From: Setoptus koraiensis
Taxonomy: Eukaryota > Animalia > Arthropoda
NCBI GenBank assembly: GCA_048013815.1
Contig: CM106586.1
Coordinates: forward strand, 16,182,001-16,246,000
Reading direction: 5' to 3'
Length of the DNA stretch: 64,000 nucleotides
Shown in pieces: positions 24,685 to 36,051 of this stretch (positions are counted from its first letter, which is position 1; each line of letters begins with the position of its first letter). The notes under the pieces are model-generated. The model was not told where the DNA came from. It worked only from the letters and a program-made list of their open reading frames with translations, and ran no database searches. The translations under genes and the position numbers were made by a program.

Positions 24685-25048
24685 TATTCTCAATCCGCAA
24701 CCAATTACAATCATTAGACGCAACTCGTTGCAGGTATAATGACAATTATTATAGTCCCAAGTTAAATTTAAAAGTTGAATGTAATCTGTATGAATGAATA
24801 AAACTGCCAGCTCTACCACACATCAGCCTCTCGCGGATTTTCTACTGAACTAGTACTATTATATAATAACATCTGATTTGTAATATCCCGCTAGATCGTA
24901 AACAGCCTAACGATCAGACCACATGATAGTCGTCTGTATCATGCCTATTTGCAGACATTCGTTCAGATATATTATTTAGGACAAAATTTACCGACCTTAT
25001 TGGAGATCCCAGAATCATTTTTTTTCTGGCTATTAATTTGTTTTCTAG

Positions 25049-27477
25049 ATGGCCGATAGAGAATGGCAAGATGTCACAGACGATTTCCTTTCCTCTATAA
25101 AAGGTTAGTAATATAATATTGTATTGACAACCAATTTTCTTTATATTCCATAAAATCCTCATAGTTATTTTTTCATGCAATTTTTTTACAGAGTTAAAAT
25201 TAGGAGAGCTCATGAAGATCGGAAACTTTTCTTTATTCGAGGCCATGGCGGCTATAGAATTGATGGATCCGAAAATGGACACTGGTATGATATCTAATAA
25301 GATAGAAAGAAAGATTTTGAATCTGGAGCAATCAGTTAGATGTGGCTTAGTGAAAATTAATAATTTAGAGGATAATGAGCTTATAGGTATTATCGATGAT
25401 ACATACGCTTGTCTGGTGACATGGCTAGAGGGACACTCGCTTGCTCAAACAGTTTTGACAAATCTCTACTTGCACGAGCCAGACAGAGTAGAGGATAAAT
25501 ACCTAAGAGTATTCTCTTATTCCATGCTCAAGATAACCGATATTCTAAAGGATATTGTCATAACAAAATATTGTTTCGAAGAGGAAGACTTCAACCCAAA
25601 CAATTTTGGATTTAATTTAGCAACTAATATAAGCGATTCAAAAGTATTCACCTACCTCAAAGAAGTTTGCGACTATCTCGGAAGTAATGTCAAACCGGGA
25701 ACAACGGATGCTCTACTGACAAGATTTAGATTTACAAAAAATCTTTATCATTGTTTAATGACTATCCGAAAAGAATTCATCAATACACACAGCAATAACA
25801 ATTCTTTTGATCAACAAAGTCACAATACATCTAAACTATTACAACTAGCATTCAAAAAAAACATGCCAAACGTCATTACTATTTGTGATACTATCGAGCG
25901 CAATCTAGTTCAATGTCAGAACCTAATTGAACCTTGGAAGGATACTCTCAATTTGGGAATCGAGCCACCGAAAGTGCAACGAACCGATGAAACAGTTCAA
26001 AATGCCGATTACCCTACTATCATGGGTTTTGAACCTCTCATATACCAAAAACTCATGGCTTTGGCTTATCCAAAATGTCCCTCAATTTGTACCAGGGAGC
26101 GATCTGTAGATTACTTAGATAATCTACTATTGAGGCTTGCGCATTGTTGTCAATCTAGTCGAATTGTATCATATAATGATATAATCAAGTTTATGAGTCG
26201 CTTCAGCAAATATTTCAATCCATCTTCTTGTGTTATTTCAAGATCTTTCCTTCAGCTAATCTACATACCGAATAGAGATTTGAATACCATACAAGAAGTG
26301 TTACGCCAGAACATTAGGGACCTATTCAACCCTGCAATTCTACAATCGAAGTCTAACGTCATGGAGACCAAACCTAAATTAAAAGAGAAAGTTGATAGTT
26401 TCTTTGCGGATTGTGCTGTGATATTCTCTCAAAGCCTGCTCACCTACGGCCATAATAGGGCTCGACAAAGAGAAAAGCTTATAGATCATCTAGAATCTCT
26501 CAAAATGTTGCAATACAAGGCCATCCTCATAGATGAAATGATCGGAATCGGAGGAGACTCAAACTACTTCAGTTACTGGATTGGATATTATATTATCAAT
26601 GATTCTATACAGTTCGTGTTGTCTGGCCTTGAATTGGAATTGTACTCTATTTATGAATACGATTATATATTTTGGTACCTATACGAGCTATTGTATGCAA
26701 AGCAAATAGAGATTCTGAGTGTAGCTAAGCGATGTACAGAGGAGAGAGATTCCCTGCAAGGTAAGTAGACTCCTGGTTGCATCCTTTTTAAAACTGTGAT
26801 AGTCACTATCTGATACACAATTTTTTCTACCCATATTGTTTATATTTAGATGTCCAAGAAAAACAGGGAGTGAAAAATAAAAACCGCATCAAATCTAAGC
26901 CTCCAAAGAATAAGAGGCCTATAATCAGTCCAACTCATCGGGAATGTGCACTAATAGAGGCTCTAAAAACTCTTAGCGGTGGAATATTTTCTCTGGTTTC
27001 TGGTTTGAAAATGCAATGCAAGATCAAAACCCCAAAGTCCGATCACACCTCAGAGGAAACTGTATTTGTGAATAGGTTCAAATACCTGTTGGGTGCAAAT
27101 GTAGCTAAAAACTTCTATGATCAATATGTATTCGCGTCCCTTACGATAATGGAAAATGAGGATAACAATATTTATGCGAATGCTCTGAAGTTCTTCATTA
27201 AGGCTAAGGCACTATTGGAGTCACTACCTGAAGCTGATGAAGAAGTAGCATCATATTTAAAGGTGGCCAAGACAAACCTAATCGTAGCCAGACTGCTGTC
27301 AAGTAACCCAGGAGTATCTAGCAAGGTAAGTCAATAGATGAACAGTAAATATTCTTAAGATATGAATACAAAAAATAAATAATAATCATTTATTCACTTC
27401 TTAATCCTAATATTTTTCAGGACCCTGAGTTTGATTTCTCAGCCCATCCTAATTTTCCTATTGTGAAAATAATTTGA
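25049..27477 (+). CDS. NAA35: NatC auxiliary subunit NAA35/Mak10; 4 exons (25049-25103, 25192-26760, 26850-27325, 27421-27477)
   Basis: WQDVTDDF..ELKLGEL..FSLFEAMAAIELMDPKMDTGM, WLEGHSLAQTVLTNLY, FGHNRARQR-like segment (YGHNRARQREKL), LELELYS, terminal PEFDFSAHPNFPIVKII. All three introns are GT-AG and in phase. Confidence 0.94.
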
Positions 27478-27486
27478 GTTTCGAAA

Positions 27487-27711
27487 TTACTCAAAACCGA
27501 ATATTTTGTAGATAGCCAACATTACACAACTTGCTGCCACATATCCGCTCAGCCTTTCGCCGATTCTAGCGGCCTTCCAGGGGATCCCACGTAGTCCTGT
27601 CTGGTGACGATCTAAAAGAGCAGGCCAGTAATAACGGATGTGTGTACATGTACATATAAACAGGACTATGACCACAAGTAGGCTGTTGAAATTGCAGAAT
27701 GCTGAGAACAT
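27487..27711 (-). CDS. TMEM167A: Protein kish (TMEM167 family), 74 aa, intronless
   Basis: MFSAFCNFNSLLVVIVLFICTCTHIR...LLDRHQTGLRGIPWKAARIGERLSGYVAASCVMLA matches the kish pattern FNFQSLL..ICTC.Y.R...LLD..K.G..G.FWK.ARIGER.S.YV. ATG at 27711. Confidence 0.92.
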   Translation of the reverse strand: MFSAFCNFNSLLVVIVLFICTCTHIRYYWPALLDRHQTGLRGIPWKAARIGERLSGYVAASCVMLAIYKIFGFE

Positions 27712-27845
27712 GTCGAGCCTAGTTGAGAAAATATTAATATTAAATTTATTAATAATGGAATGAACTGATGCTTCTAGATAAATTCTAATGTCAGTCACAT
27801 TTGTATGTGATTTTTATTTATACACATGGGAGTGCTCGAACATGA

Positions 27846-27858
27846 GCGCCAAATTCGA
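27846..27858 (-). promoter_or_regulatory. Putative E2F/DREAM-like composite element (tcgaatttggcgc)
   Basis: E2F-type TTTGGCGC fused to a TTYGAA-like half, about 135 bp upstream of the kish ATG; a similar element lies at 29681-29693. Confidence 0.35.
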
Positions 27859-27880
27859 GACGCGATCCTTATTTTCTATA

Positions 27881-28225
27881 TCAATTTAACAATTTCTCGA
27901 ATAGAGTCAATTTTCTTGATTGTTTCGAAGTTATTGACTGACTGATGGTTTTTTCTTTCGACGTAGATGGAAAATTCGTCTTCCTGGCCTGTTTCCATAT
28001 TTCAATCTCCGCCAGTTCGTCCAATGTAAGCGTTTTCTTCACTTCTTTGACCATCTCTGGTTTGGCCTTCAGCGTCTTGCCTTTGCCAAACCGACTTTGT
28101 GCTTGGAAGCCTCTTGAAGTTCCACTGTCTAGTAGCCTCTCCATATGTTGAGTTTTAACATTGTCCTCTGGCCTTGTGTCATCCAGCATCGGTGGTGGTA
28201 ATCTGATAAATCCTGTCGAATCCAT
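27881..28225 (-). CDS. Hypothetical 114-aa basic protein, no recognised family
   Basis: ATG-to-stop ORF fills the gap between RagC and kish on the same strand, has protein-like charged composition, and has a conserved promoter-like block about 90 bp upstream. Confidence 0.5.
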   Translation of the reverse strand: MDSTGFIRLPPPMLDDTRPEDNVKTQHMERLLDSGTSRGFQAQSRFGKGKTLKAKPEMVKEVKKTLTLDELAEIEIWKQARKTNFPSTSKEKTISQSITSKQSRKLTLFEKLLN

Positions 28226-28313
28226 TTGTTATAAAGGGTGGTCGCAAAAACCTTTACTTTTGAACTGAAAAGTCTTCGCTAGCGCTTCCACATTGTAACA
28301 TGTGGACAAAGAA

Positions 28314-28348
28314 TTGCGCACGTCGGCCACTAGGTAGCACCATCTGTC
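28314..28348. promoter_or_regulatory. 35-bp element, copy 1; contains CTCF-like core CCACTAGGTAGCAC
   Basis: ttgcgcacgtcggccactaggtagcaccatctgtc is 32/35 identical to 29708-29742. Confidence 0.55.
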
Positions 28349-28420
28349 GTCGAACAGGGAAGAAATGCCAATTTTGAGTTCGAAAAAATTTTAGAGTATT
28401 GTTGTTGTTTTTATTTATGA

Positions 28421-29527
28421 CTAGCGCATACGTCTGTTCAAATTCTTCAGTTCGAAAACTTCCTGAATGGCTCGACGAAAACATTGAAAGTTATAATCAA
28501 TAATGCCTTGTTTATCATTGAAATTATCTTCTCTAGAAATACATACTAGAGCTAAGAACTTATTAACCTCTCTTAAGTAAAGCACAGTTCCGTTGTTGAG
28601 CTTGATTACAGACGAGGAATTGTTATCGAAAGTACAGCCTTCGTTGGTGTCATCTACTCCATATATGCAGGAAATATCTATTATAACATCAATCATGTCA
28701 CAGCACAACTCATAACTTTGCATGTCCACTGGAGCGGAGTCAGTTGCGATATAAATTTTTGTAACCACATCAAATAGAAAAGCCTTCTCTATGCCTGAGT
28801 TGGAAATAAAAAAATTTAAAATGTTTTCTAATGCCGGCAATTGGCGGATCAATTTTTGAACAACCTTCGAAAAGGCCTCAAATATTGTATGATCATAGAT
28901 GGATGTTAAATAGAAGCTTAAGTATACGTTTTCTTGGCCGGCATAACTTAAATCGTCGCTTGCACGGTGATTAATATCTCTCTGAGCTTCAATCTTGCTA
29001 TCGTCTGATAGTCCGTCCACTTTGTGAATAAATACCTCGAAGGTTATATCTGGGTTTATTTTATGAGCATGAACCACAGTCATATGTAATTTGTTCATGG
29101 CTTCGGTATAATCGTCTTGTGCATCTATAACGAACACCAATGCACCGCATTTGCCGAAAATGTGCTTTGAATCAAAGGTTGGATCACAGAAATCTATTTG
29201 ACCAGGAAAATCCCAGATGACAAACGAAACAAAGGAGGAATCCGATATGTCGTCTTTCACTATTTTGTTTGTGCTTTCTAAAAATAGCGTCTCATTAGGT
29301 GACATTTTGTGGAAGACAACTTTCTGGATAGATGATTTACCACTTCTTCTGAGTCCCATTATCAAAATGCGTGGCTTATCATCGGACGAGGTGATATTAT
29401 TACGGTCCTGGTCATCAGCTCTAGTTTCACTGAATGGTTCGTCGTCGTCATCGCCTTCATGTTCATATGCAAAGCCTTCCGAGAACGATTTATGAACGAA
29501 ATAGTCTTCATGGTTACTCGAGGCCAT
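28421..29527 (-). CDS. RRAGC: Ras-related GTP-binding protein C/D (RagC/Gtr2 class), intronless, 368 aa
   Basis: [78 protein letters not shown]. Confidence 0.97.
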   Translation of the reverse strand: MASSNHEDYFVHKSFSEGFAYEHEGDDDDEPFSETRADDQDRNNITSSDDKPRILIMGLRRSGKSSIQKVVFHKMSPNETLFLESTNKIVKDDISDSSFVSFVIWDFPGQIDFCDPTFDSKHIFGKCGALVFVIDAQDDYTEAMNKLHMTVVHAHKINPDITFEVFIHKVDGLSDDSKIEAQRDINHRASDDLSYAGQENVYLSFYLTSIYDHTIFEAFSKVVQKLIRQLPALENILNFFISNSGIEKAFLFDVVTKIYIATDSAPVDMQSYELCCDMIDVIIDISCIYGVDDTNEGCTFDNNSSSVIKLNNGTVLYLREVNKFLALVCISREDNFNDKQGIIDYNFQCFRRAIQEVFELKNLNRRMR

Positions 29528-29680
29528 GTCTAGGATGAATGAAGTATAAGTTGCTCGTTATAGTGTTTGTCCAATTTGTAACAAATAAACATTATATTGT
29601 TTTATAAAATAAATGTGTGGATCTATATAACAAAACATGTTTTTGCCAGATGCAACAATGAACATATGTTGAGCTTCTAG

Positions 29681-29693
29681 GCGCGAAATTCAA
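29681..29693 (-). promoter_or_regulatory. Putative E2F/DREAM-like composite element (ttgaatttcgcgc)
   Basis: TTTCGCGC plus TTGAA, about 155 bp upstream of the RagC ATG. Confidence 0.35.
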
Positions 29694-29707
29694 GCGTGAT
29701 TCTTTCT

Positions 29708-29742
29708 TTGCGCACGGCGGCCACTAGGTAGCACCACTTGTC
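29708..29742. promoter_or_regulatory. 35-bp element, copy 2; contains CTCF-like core CCACTAGGTAGCAC
   Basis: ttgcgcacggcggccactaggtagcaccacttgtc; direct repeat of 28314-28348, about 180 bp upstream of the RagC ATG. Confidence 0.55.
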
Positions 29743-30156
29743 CATAAACTTTATATCAAGGGCGGGTTCTCGCCGATCACTATTTCGCCAACTTCTGTCC
29801 TTCTACAGATACATACTACATGATAATTCATTCGTTCATTTCTCGATCAGCCTCGCATCAGACAATATCAAGATCAACCTGAGATTATTAACCTGAAGAC
29901 ATCGGACACCGAGTGACCTCAAACTAACAGCAACTAATCCCCAAATCCTCAATTAGAATATATGCGCTCGCCGGAAGCCATCAAGTTCGTGTTCTTACGA
30001 GTTGTTCGTACGAGTGTTGGTGTTGCAGCAAACTTTGAAAAGAAGAATTTCAAGTGTCGTCAAAGCCTCAAATATACAATATAAACAGCAAGATCTCGAA
30101 GAAATATGTCACATGGTAAGTCAGCGTGATCCACCTGTTGTTGGTGTGAAGAGTGT

Positions 30157-33100
30157 TTATTGTCTGATGATACTGCGAGGATAAGACGAGCATTCGTCGT
30201 CGTGATTGCACACGACCCTTCCGTGTAACGGCTGGGTAGCCCTGTGGTTGCTTACAATATTTTTGGCGCATTTGTGACCAACTGTGTCATTGTTGTTATT
30301 GATAGATGAATCATTTGTCGAGTGTTTCGAAGAGCCCGCTGAATCTTCTCTATCGACTGTATCAACGGTTTTATCATTATTATTACTACCGAGATTGTTG
30401 TTGTTGTTGTTGTTGTAAGTACTGTTGTTGTTATTGTTGTTATTGCTGAAACTGGAAGAGCTGTTGCCAGATGAGAGATTGCTGGCGCAACAAGGCGAAC
30501 CGTTAATATGTCTGAACTTGTCAATTTGTGCCACGCTACATCTAATTGGTTGCTTAAGAACAAACCAAGTGACTGATTCGTAAAACGGTGGCGTGGTCAA
30601 TGATCCATGATAGGTCCAATAAGATCTATTTGCTGAGGGCAATAAGTTATCGAGTCTGATTGATTGTTTCAATGTTACACTGTCGCCCTTATTGGGGATC
30701 AATCTTAAATTAGTGGAAACTTTGTCTAGCTCTGCATGATTCAAATGATCGTTGCTCGCCTCGAGGAATACGGCCACCACAGCTAAACCATCGGGATGTA
30801 GTTGAGCCTTCGACATGCTGTGATACTTTTCCATATTGTAGTGCACGAAATGTAGCTAAACAGACACAATAACAGAAAGAAAACATTGGAATATGAGCAT
30901 GCAGCAGCAGCATTAGAGTTTGTATACGAGACAGAATGTTTATAAAACGAAATTGTTTCAAAGTTCATGTTTGTTTGTATTTAGGCCAAAGGCAAGCTTT
31001 CGAGGCATGTACAACAACGAGAGACGTGACTTACTTCGGCCGTGTATAAGTGCCCATCAACACTGTGCTCCGAGCCGGCCTTATTGTCTGCGCCCCAATG
31101 ACAATGAAACTGATCTAAGCGATACCTGTTGAGATATGGCAAGGAGGCGCCAGACAGGGCTGAGTTATGGACACGACGACGGTCAGACAAAAAGAGATCA
31201 AAGTATGGAGAGTCAGTCTGGCGTATATTGCGCTAACACTAAACAAATGTTGCATGATCATCATGATCTTATTGCTTACCGGTGAGCATACTCTGTTGGT
31301 AGGGTAGCTTGACCTCCCAAGTGAAACCGGTATTGTTTAATTTTAGATTATCCAGAGTTGTTGGATATTCCAACATGAGTGGCTTGTTGCATTGTTTATA
31401 AATGGGATTTTGGCTCATCAGTGATATCGGCGACTGTTTCTTGCCAGTCATCACCTGCTTCGCAATCTCTTCTCTAATGTGTTTGTTGTGCTCGGCTGCT
31501 AATTGCATATTTTTGATTAGGCATGATGATGCGATGGAAACAGTTTTTTTCTCTTTTAGATTATCATGATAATTAGTCAAATTAGAGAATCATGCAACAT
31601 CGAGCAGGTGTAACACAGTTGCGCCATAGATGTATTAGATTGGCCCGCAATGCCTACTCGCAACATGTCAGTATGCCAACATTTTGCTTACCGTTTCTCG
31701 CCCTGTTTGACGTAGTGAAAAAATGAACATCGGCTAGCTGTTCGGACAGATCCTCGTCCGTGTTGTTGCGAACGCGTCTAGCTTGCATCGTTTTCGGCGG
31801 CCCGGTGACTTTCAATTCAACTAATGTCTCTTGTGAAATTATTGCAGGTTTAATTTGATGATGATTCTCGCCAGGGCGCCAATCATTGTTTGCTGCCGGT
31901 TGATTTGACCTATCGTTGCGCTTGTCTGATTTCTCTTTTTTTCTTCCATTGTCTCTCGCAGTATCGTCACAATCTATCAGATAGTTATTGCTCAAAGATA
32001 GCTGTTTGTTTGGTTTGTTATTGTCATGCAATTGCCGCTGTTTCATGTGGTCGCTTGCACAACCAGAATCAGTGGTCACCTGGCGTGTTAGTTGATGCTG
32101 GTTGTATGATGATGGCGTGCTAAATTCAATCGATTTTGCCAGCCATGATCTTGAGGAAAGGAATCGTTTTGTTAGACAGTTTATGTGCCGATTTAAGCCA
32201 CTATTCATATGAAACAATGCCACTCGACATTTGGCGCACTCTTCTTTTGTGTAGCTTTCCATTCGCGCTGGCACCATTGACGATGTTCTACTGGAATTGT
32301 AATCATCACTGGTGCTTGTTTTAGTCTTGGTGGCTGCAAGTACGAAACGAAAGTGATAATTGAAGGGTTACATGCGATCAAATTGATCTAATAATTATTT
32401 GTTTGCAGTTGTCAAACTGTTGGCTGTTGTAAGTGGCTATTATAGTTTTGTCGCCGATGATCTACCGAGCACTAATAAATAATAGTAATAATAATAATAA
32501 TAACGCGTGACACACTAGTCGAAGTCAAGATTATTGTGCTCGTGCAGGGTCGCATGACACAACTATCACAAACTATCGAGCTATTGTTTACCTGTCGTCG
32601 TATGTTGATTGCTAGTCTGTCAGTGCCAGAGCCTAGATTAGTTACGGTTGTGACAAGCGAACAAACTTTGAACAAACTTTTCTGGCTTACGATGCTCTCA
32701 GTTATACAGCTGGACAGTGTGTGACAGATGAGAATTGCGTTTTGAGTTGATTTATGTTGTCTGAATTAAAATAAACATGGGTAGTAATAGGTGGCAATTT
32801 TGCAGATAGATAGAAAACAAGTGCCAGACAAGAAGACGTGAGTTACTAACGTGATTGCAGTGGAGTGCCATAGAACGATAATTACAAAGAAATGCTAGGT
32901 TATGCTCGATATTTGTATTTGTGTCTAAGCGTCGGCTAACAATGCAACCGAACAGTAGTCGACTTTATTTTGCAGCGACATCCGGTCAGCGAGCCATGTG
33001 TGTGGCGCCCATATTGCACGGTTTGTGAGTATCTGGCATGATGATTATGTAAACATGAGCGCGCCTTAATTACAACGACAGCAGCAGCAGCGGCAGCAAC

Positions 33101-33441
33101 AACGACTTACCTGATGATGCATAGTTGTGCATTGTGAGATCGTGCAGTAGGCTCGTGTCAACACTACTGTTGTTTGATGATGATTGACCATCCGACAACC
33201 GCCAATTATATGTGGCAAACAGGGCATTACTACTTGTGGCTTTCAGCGATGATTCTATTCCCTGTTGTTTGTGTGCGCTAACACGACGATGATTACAATT
33301 ATAATGATGATGATAATGTGGTGATTTTGTATCGTTTGTTGTTGTTGTTGTTCCAATTATAAACAGTGACGGTAATGAACAATCTACGGCAAGCTTGTTG
33401 CCGCAAATACTCGAGCCTTTGTGGCTTAGTTTCAGTAGCAT
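30157..33441 (-). CDS. Alpha-carbonic anhydrase with long low-complexity N-terminal extension; inferred exons 33441-33111, 32333-31692, ~31553-31280, 31159-31035, 30855-30157
   Basis: QSPI, FHCHWG (Zn His94/His96), GSEH, AE|LHFVH (His119), [33 protein letters not shown]. Splice phases are compatible throughout. The two 5' exons are inferred from splice signals only, so the start is uncertain. Confidence 0.9.
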
Positions 33442-35835
33442 AATTATTCGGTGCGATGATTACATGTGTAGTGGCGAGCTTATGTGTGCCCTTATAACCG
33501 ATAAAGTATGATGAAAGTACGTTTCTGACAGACGGCGATTTACTGACTGACGGACTGATTGATTTGTTGCAAGTTACAGTTACGTTTCGCGTCGCACTTT
33601 TGCGGTTCAAAAACACCTAACTGCTGATCGTCGATCAGTGATCGAGAATAGCGAGCGAGACATAATACAACAACACACACACACTGATAATCGAGTGAAC
33701 AATGTTTTGACGTATTGGCCACACATCAACGTTATCTTGTTCCTAGAAAAGATAATAATACTATTGATCTATTGTTGCGCCAACGAAACCACAAATGTCA
33801 CCACAGCATCTGATAAATTGACTCACTATTGACGGGTGGGTAACTTTTGATTTAGCTGTACTTCAAAGTTGTTTCAGGCGACAATTAGAAGCCACACAGT
33901 GTGTGTCTCGTATCTGAAAATCTTTGCACCATTTCCACTGCTACACTTTGCCAAACATCTATATATCCGCATATCCATTTATCCATATGTATCTGGCTGG
34001 GCATATCTGGCATATCGTCGACTTGTAGGTATGCATGGCACGTTGTTGGCGCCTGTTATCACTGTTGCCAAATGGCCTAGACAAACGGTGCACAAGAATG
34101 GTTGAGTCAAGGCCCTCGGCTCGGCAAGGCTCGCATTGACAATTGTGCGTGTGTGAGTCGCCAAAGTAAAACGGATTCACAAGAACAATCGAGTGTGCTG
34201 TTTATCACTCGATTGTTTAGCTAACAACCTTGATCATACAACGGCAACACAATAATGCACACACATATTGTTTGTCGAGCTGGCTGGAGTGGGCTTCAAA
34301 TTTGGTTGGTGTCTCACACGCAATTGTACCTATTATGCCCGATAGTCACGCCGCGCTATTTTCGATTAAAAGCAGATCAAGATCAAGATGAGAGGACGAA
34401 CGAAGCAACGAAACATAATGCAGAGAGCATGCAAATAGATAAAGTGATCTCTATCATGATCGCAAGCAGTCGTCGGAATATACTAATGATTGCGGCCAGC
34501 TTCGAATCGAGAGAGCCATTCGATAGCACGCAATCACACACACAGGTCGAAATGCGAAGGCTTGCTTGTGCAGTGGTCGTGTCAGGCCGGAGCGTGTAAA
34601 TATCTCGTGATCTGTATTGAGCATCGGCAAATAGATGTAGCGGCGAGAGTGAGTCAAGTGCATGCGCTGCCAACTGGCAATTGGCCTCCTCCGATCCAGT
34701 CTAGTTTCGATAATAAATAATAATGATAATACATGCGTAATAGTAAATATTCCATTCTGTGTGCATCCAAATTGATGATGTTCCGTCGTTTTGTCTTGGC
34801 GCAACTCGGGCCGAGCCAGCCAGCCAGCCAATTCTTGGCGCGCACTTGCATGGGTAGCAGCATGATGGTTGTTATTCATTATTGAGATGTTATGATGCGA
34901 TATCATTTTAAATTCATTAAGTGCGAGGGGCGGAGGGCCGCCAACGAGCGACGCAAGAAGCGCCAGCGGAGCCGGCCGTTGGCGCGGCCATCATGCAAAC
35001 CAGTCACGAACACACCGGTCTCGCCATGCGTCCGGCGCGCTGGCCAAATTGTCCGTGAAGCGGCCGTTGCGCGGGCAACCGTTGCTGGCTTGACTGGTCG
35101 CAATTGGTTTGGATTGTTTATGGATGGAGAGGCAGACGGCGCTGTCGCACAGGGCCCACAGTGGTCTCAGCGGCGGCCAGTAATTAGTTGCCGCAGTGTA
35201 ATGGCCATGATTAAATTATTAATTATCGAATTATCGTGGCCCTTCGCTGCCGGTCAGTTAGGCCGGCCGGCCAGCAGCAAGTTTGCGCTCTCACACACTC
35301 ACTAATTGGAGCGAAATAAAATTATCATCTTAATTATCGTGTTGATCAACGGCCGTCTTGACAGTGTTGAACAGAGATCATATTGGCCGACATGAGCCGA
35401 TATTGTGCTGACTTTGGCCGGGCTCAACCGGCGACCGGCAACAGTTCACACTGTGTGCCACAGATTGTGCCAGCCAACCAACACTGCCCAGTTCCATTAC
35501 GTAACGCCGCTTGCCAGTGCAACAGACTGACCGACTGATAATCGTAGCCAGCCTAATAGAGATACATGCATTATTACGTAAGTCCGATAATTAATGATGG
35601 ACATAAAACAACATCGAATCAGCTGTCTACTTTGCATTTCTGCATGTTGCATGTATCTGCCTGCCATGTTGTACCTGTTGTTGGCAGACGGTTGCGTCAT
35701 TGCTAGCGAGCTGCCTAACGAGCTCGCCTGACGTATCAATCGAAAGTGATGCTCTGTTGCGATAACGCAAGACACAATAACGCAGGCGCAGCACTCCCGC
35801 AGTTCCGTCGCTCGCTTTTGTGTATGACCTCTCCT

Positions 35836-35837
<2 letters not shown>

Positions 35838-35880
<43 letters not shown>
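35838..35880. repeat. (TC)n microsatellite
   Basis: Direct reading. Confidence 0.95.
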
Positions 35881-35883
<3 letters not shown>

Positions 35884-35960
35884 AGCCCGACTCAATTGTC
35901 TAGCTCCGCCACAGGAATTATCGGCAACAAGCTCGCTAACTAGACGCGATTCGCCAGACC

Positions 35961-36051
35961 GCGCCAGATTCGACCTGGCGAGATTCGATTGGGCGAGATT
36001 CGACCGCGCCAGATTGGCCAGACCGGGCGCGAAATTCGGCAGGGCGAGATT
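35961..36051. repeat. Degenerate ~15-bp GC-rich tandem repeat (ggcgagattcgacc-like), about 6 units
   Basis: gcgccagattcgacc / tggcgagattcgatt / gggcgagattcgacc / gcgccagattggccagacc / gggcgcgaaattcggca / gggcgagatt. Confidence 0.7.
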
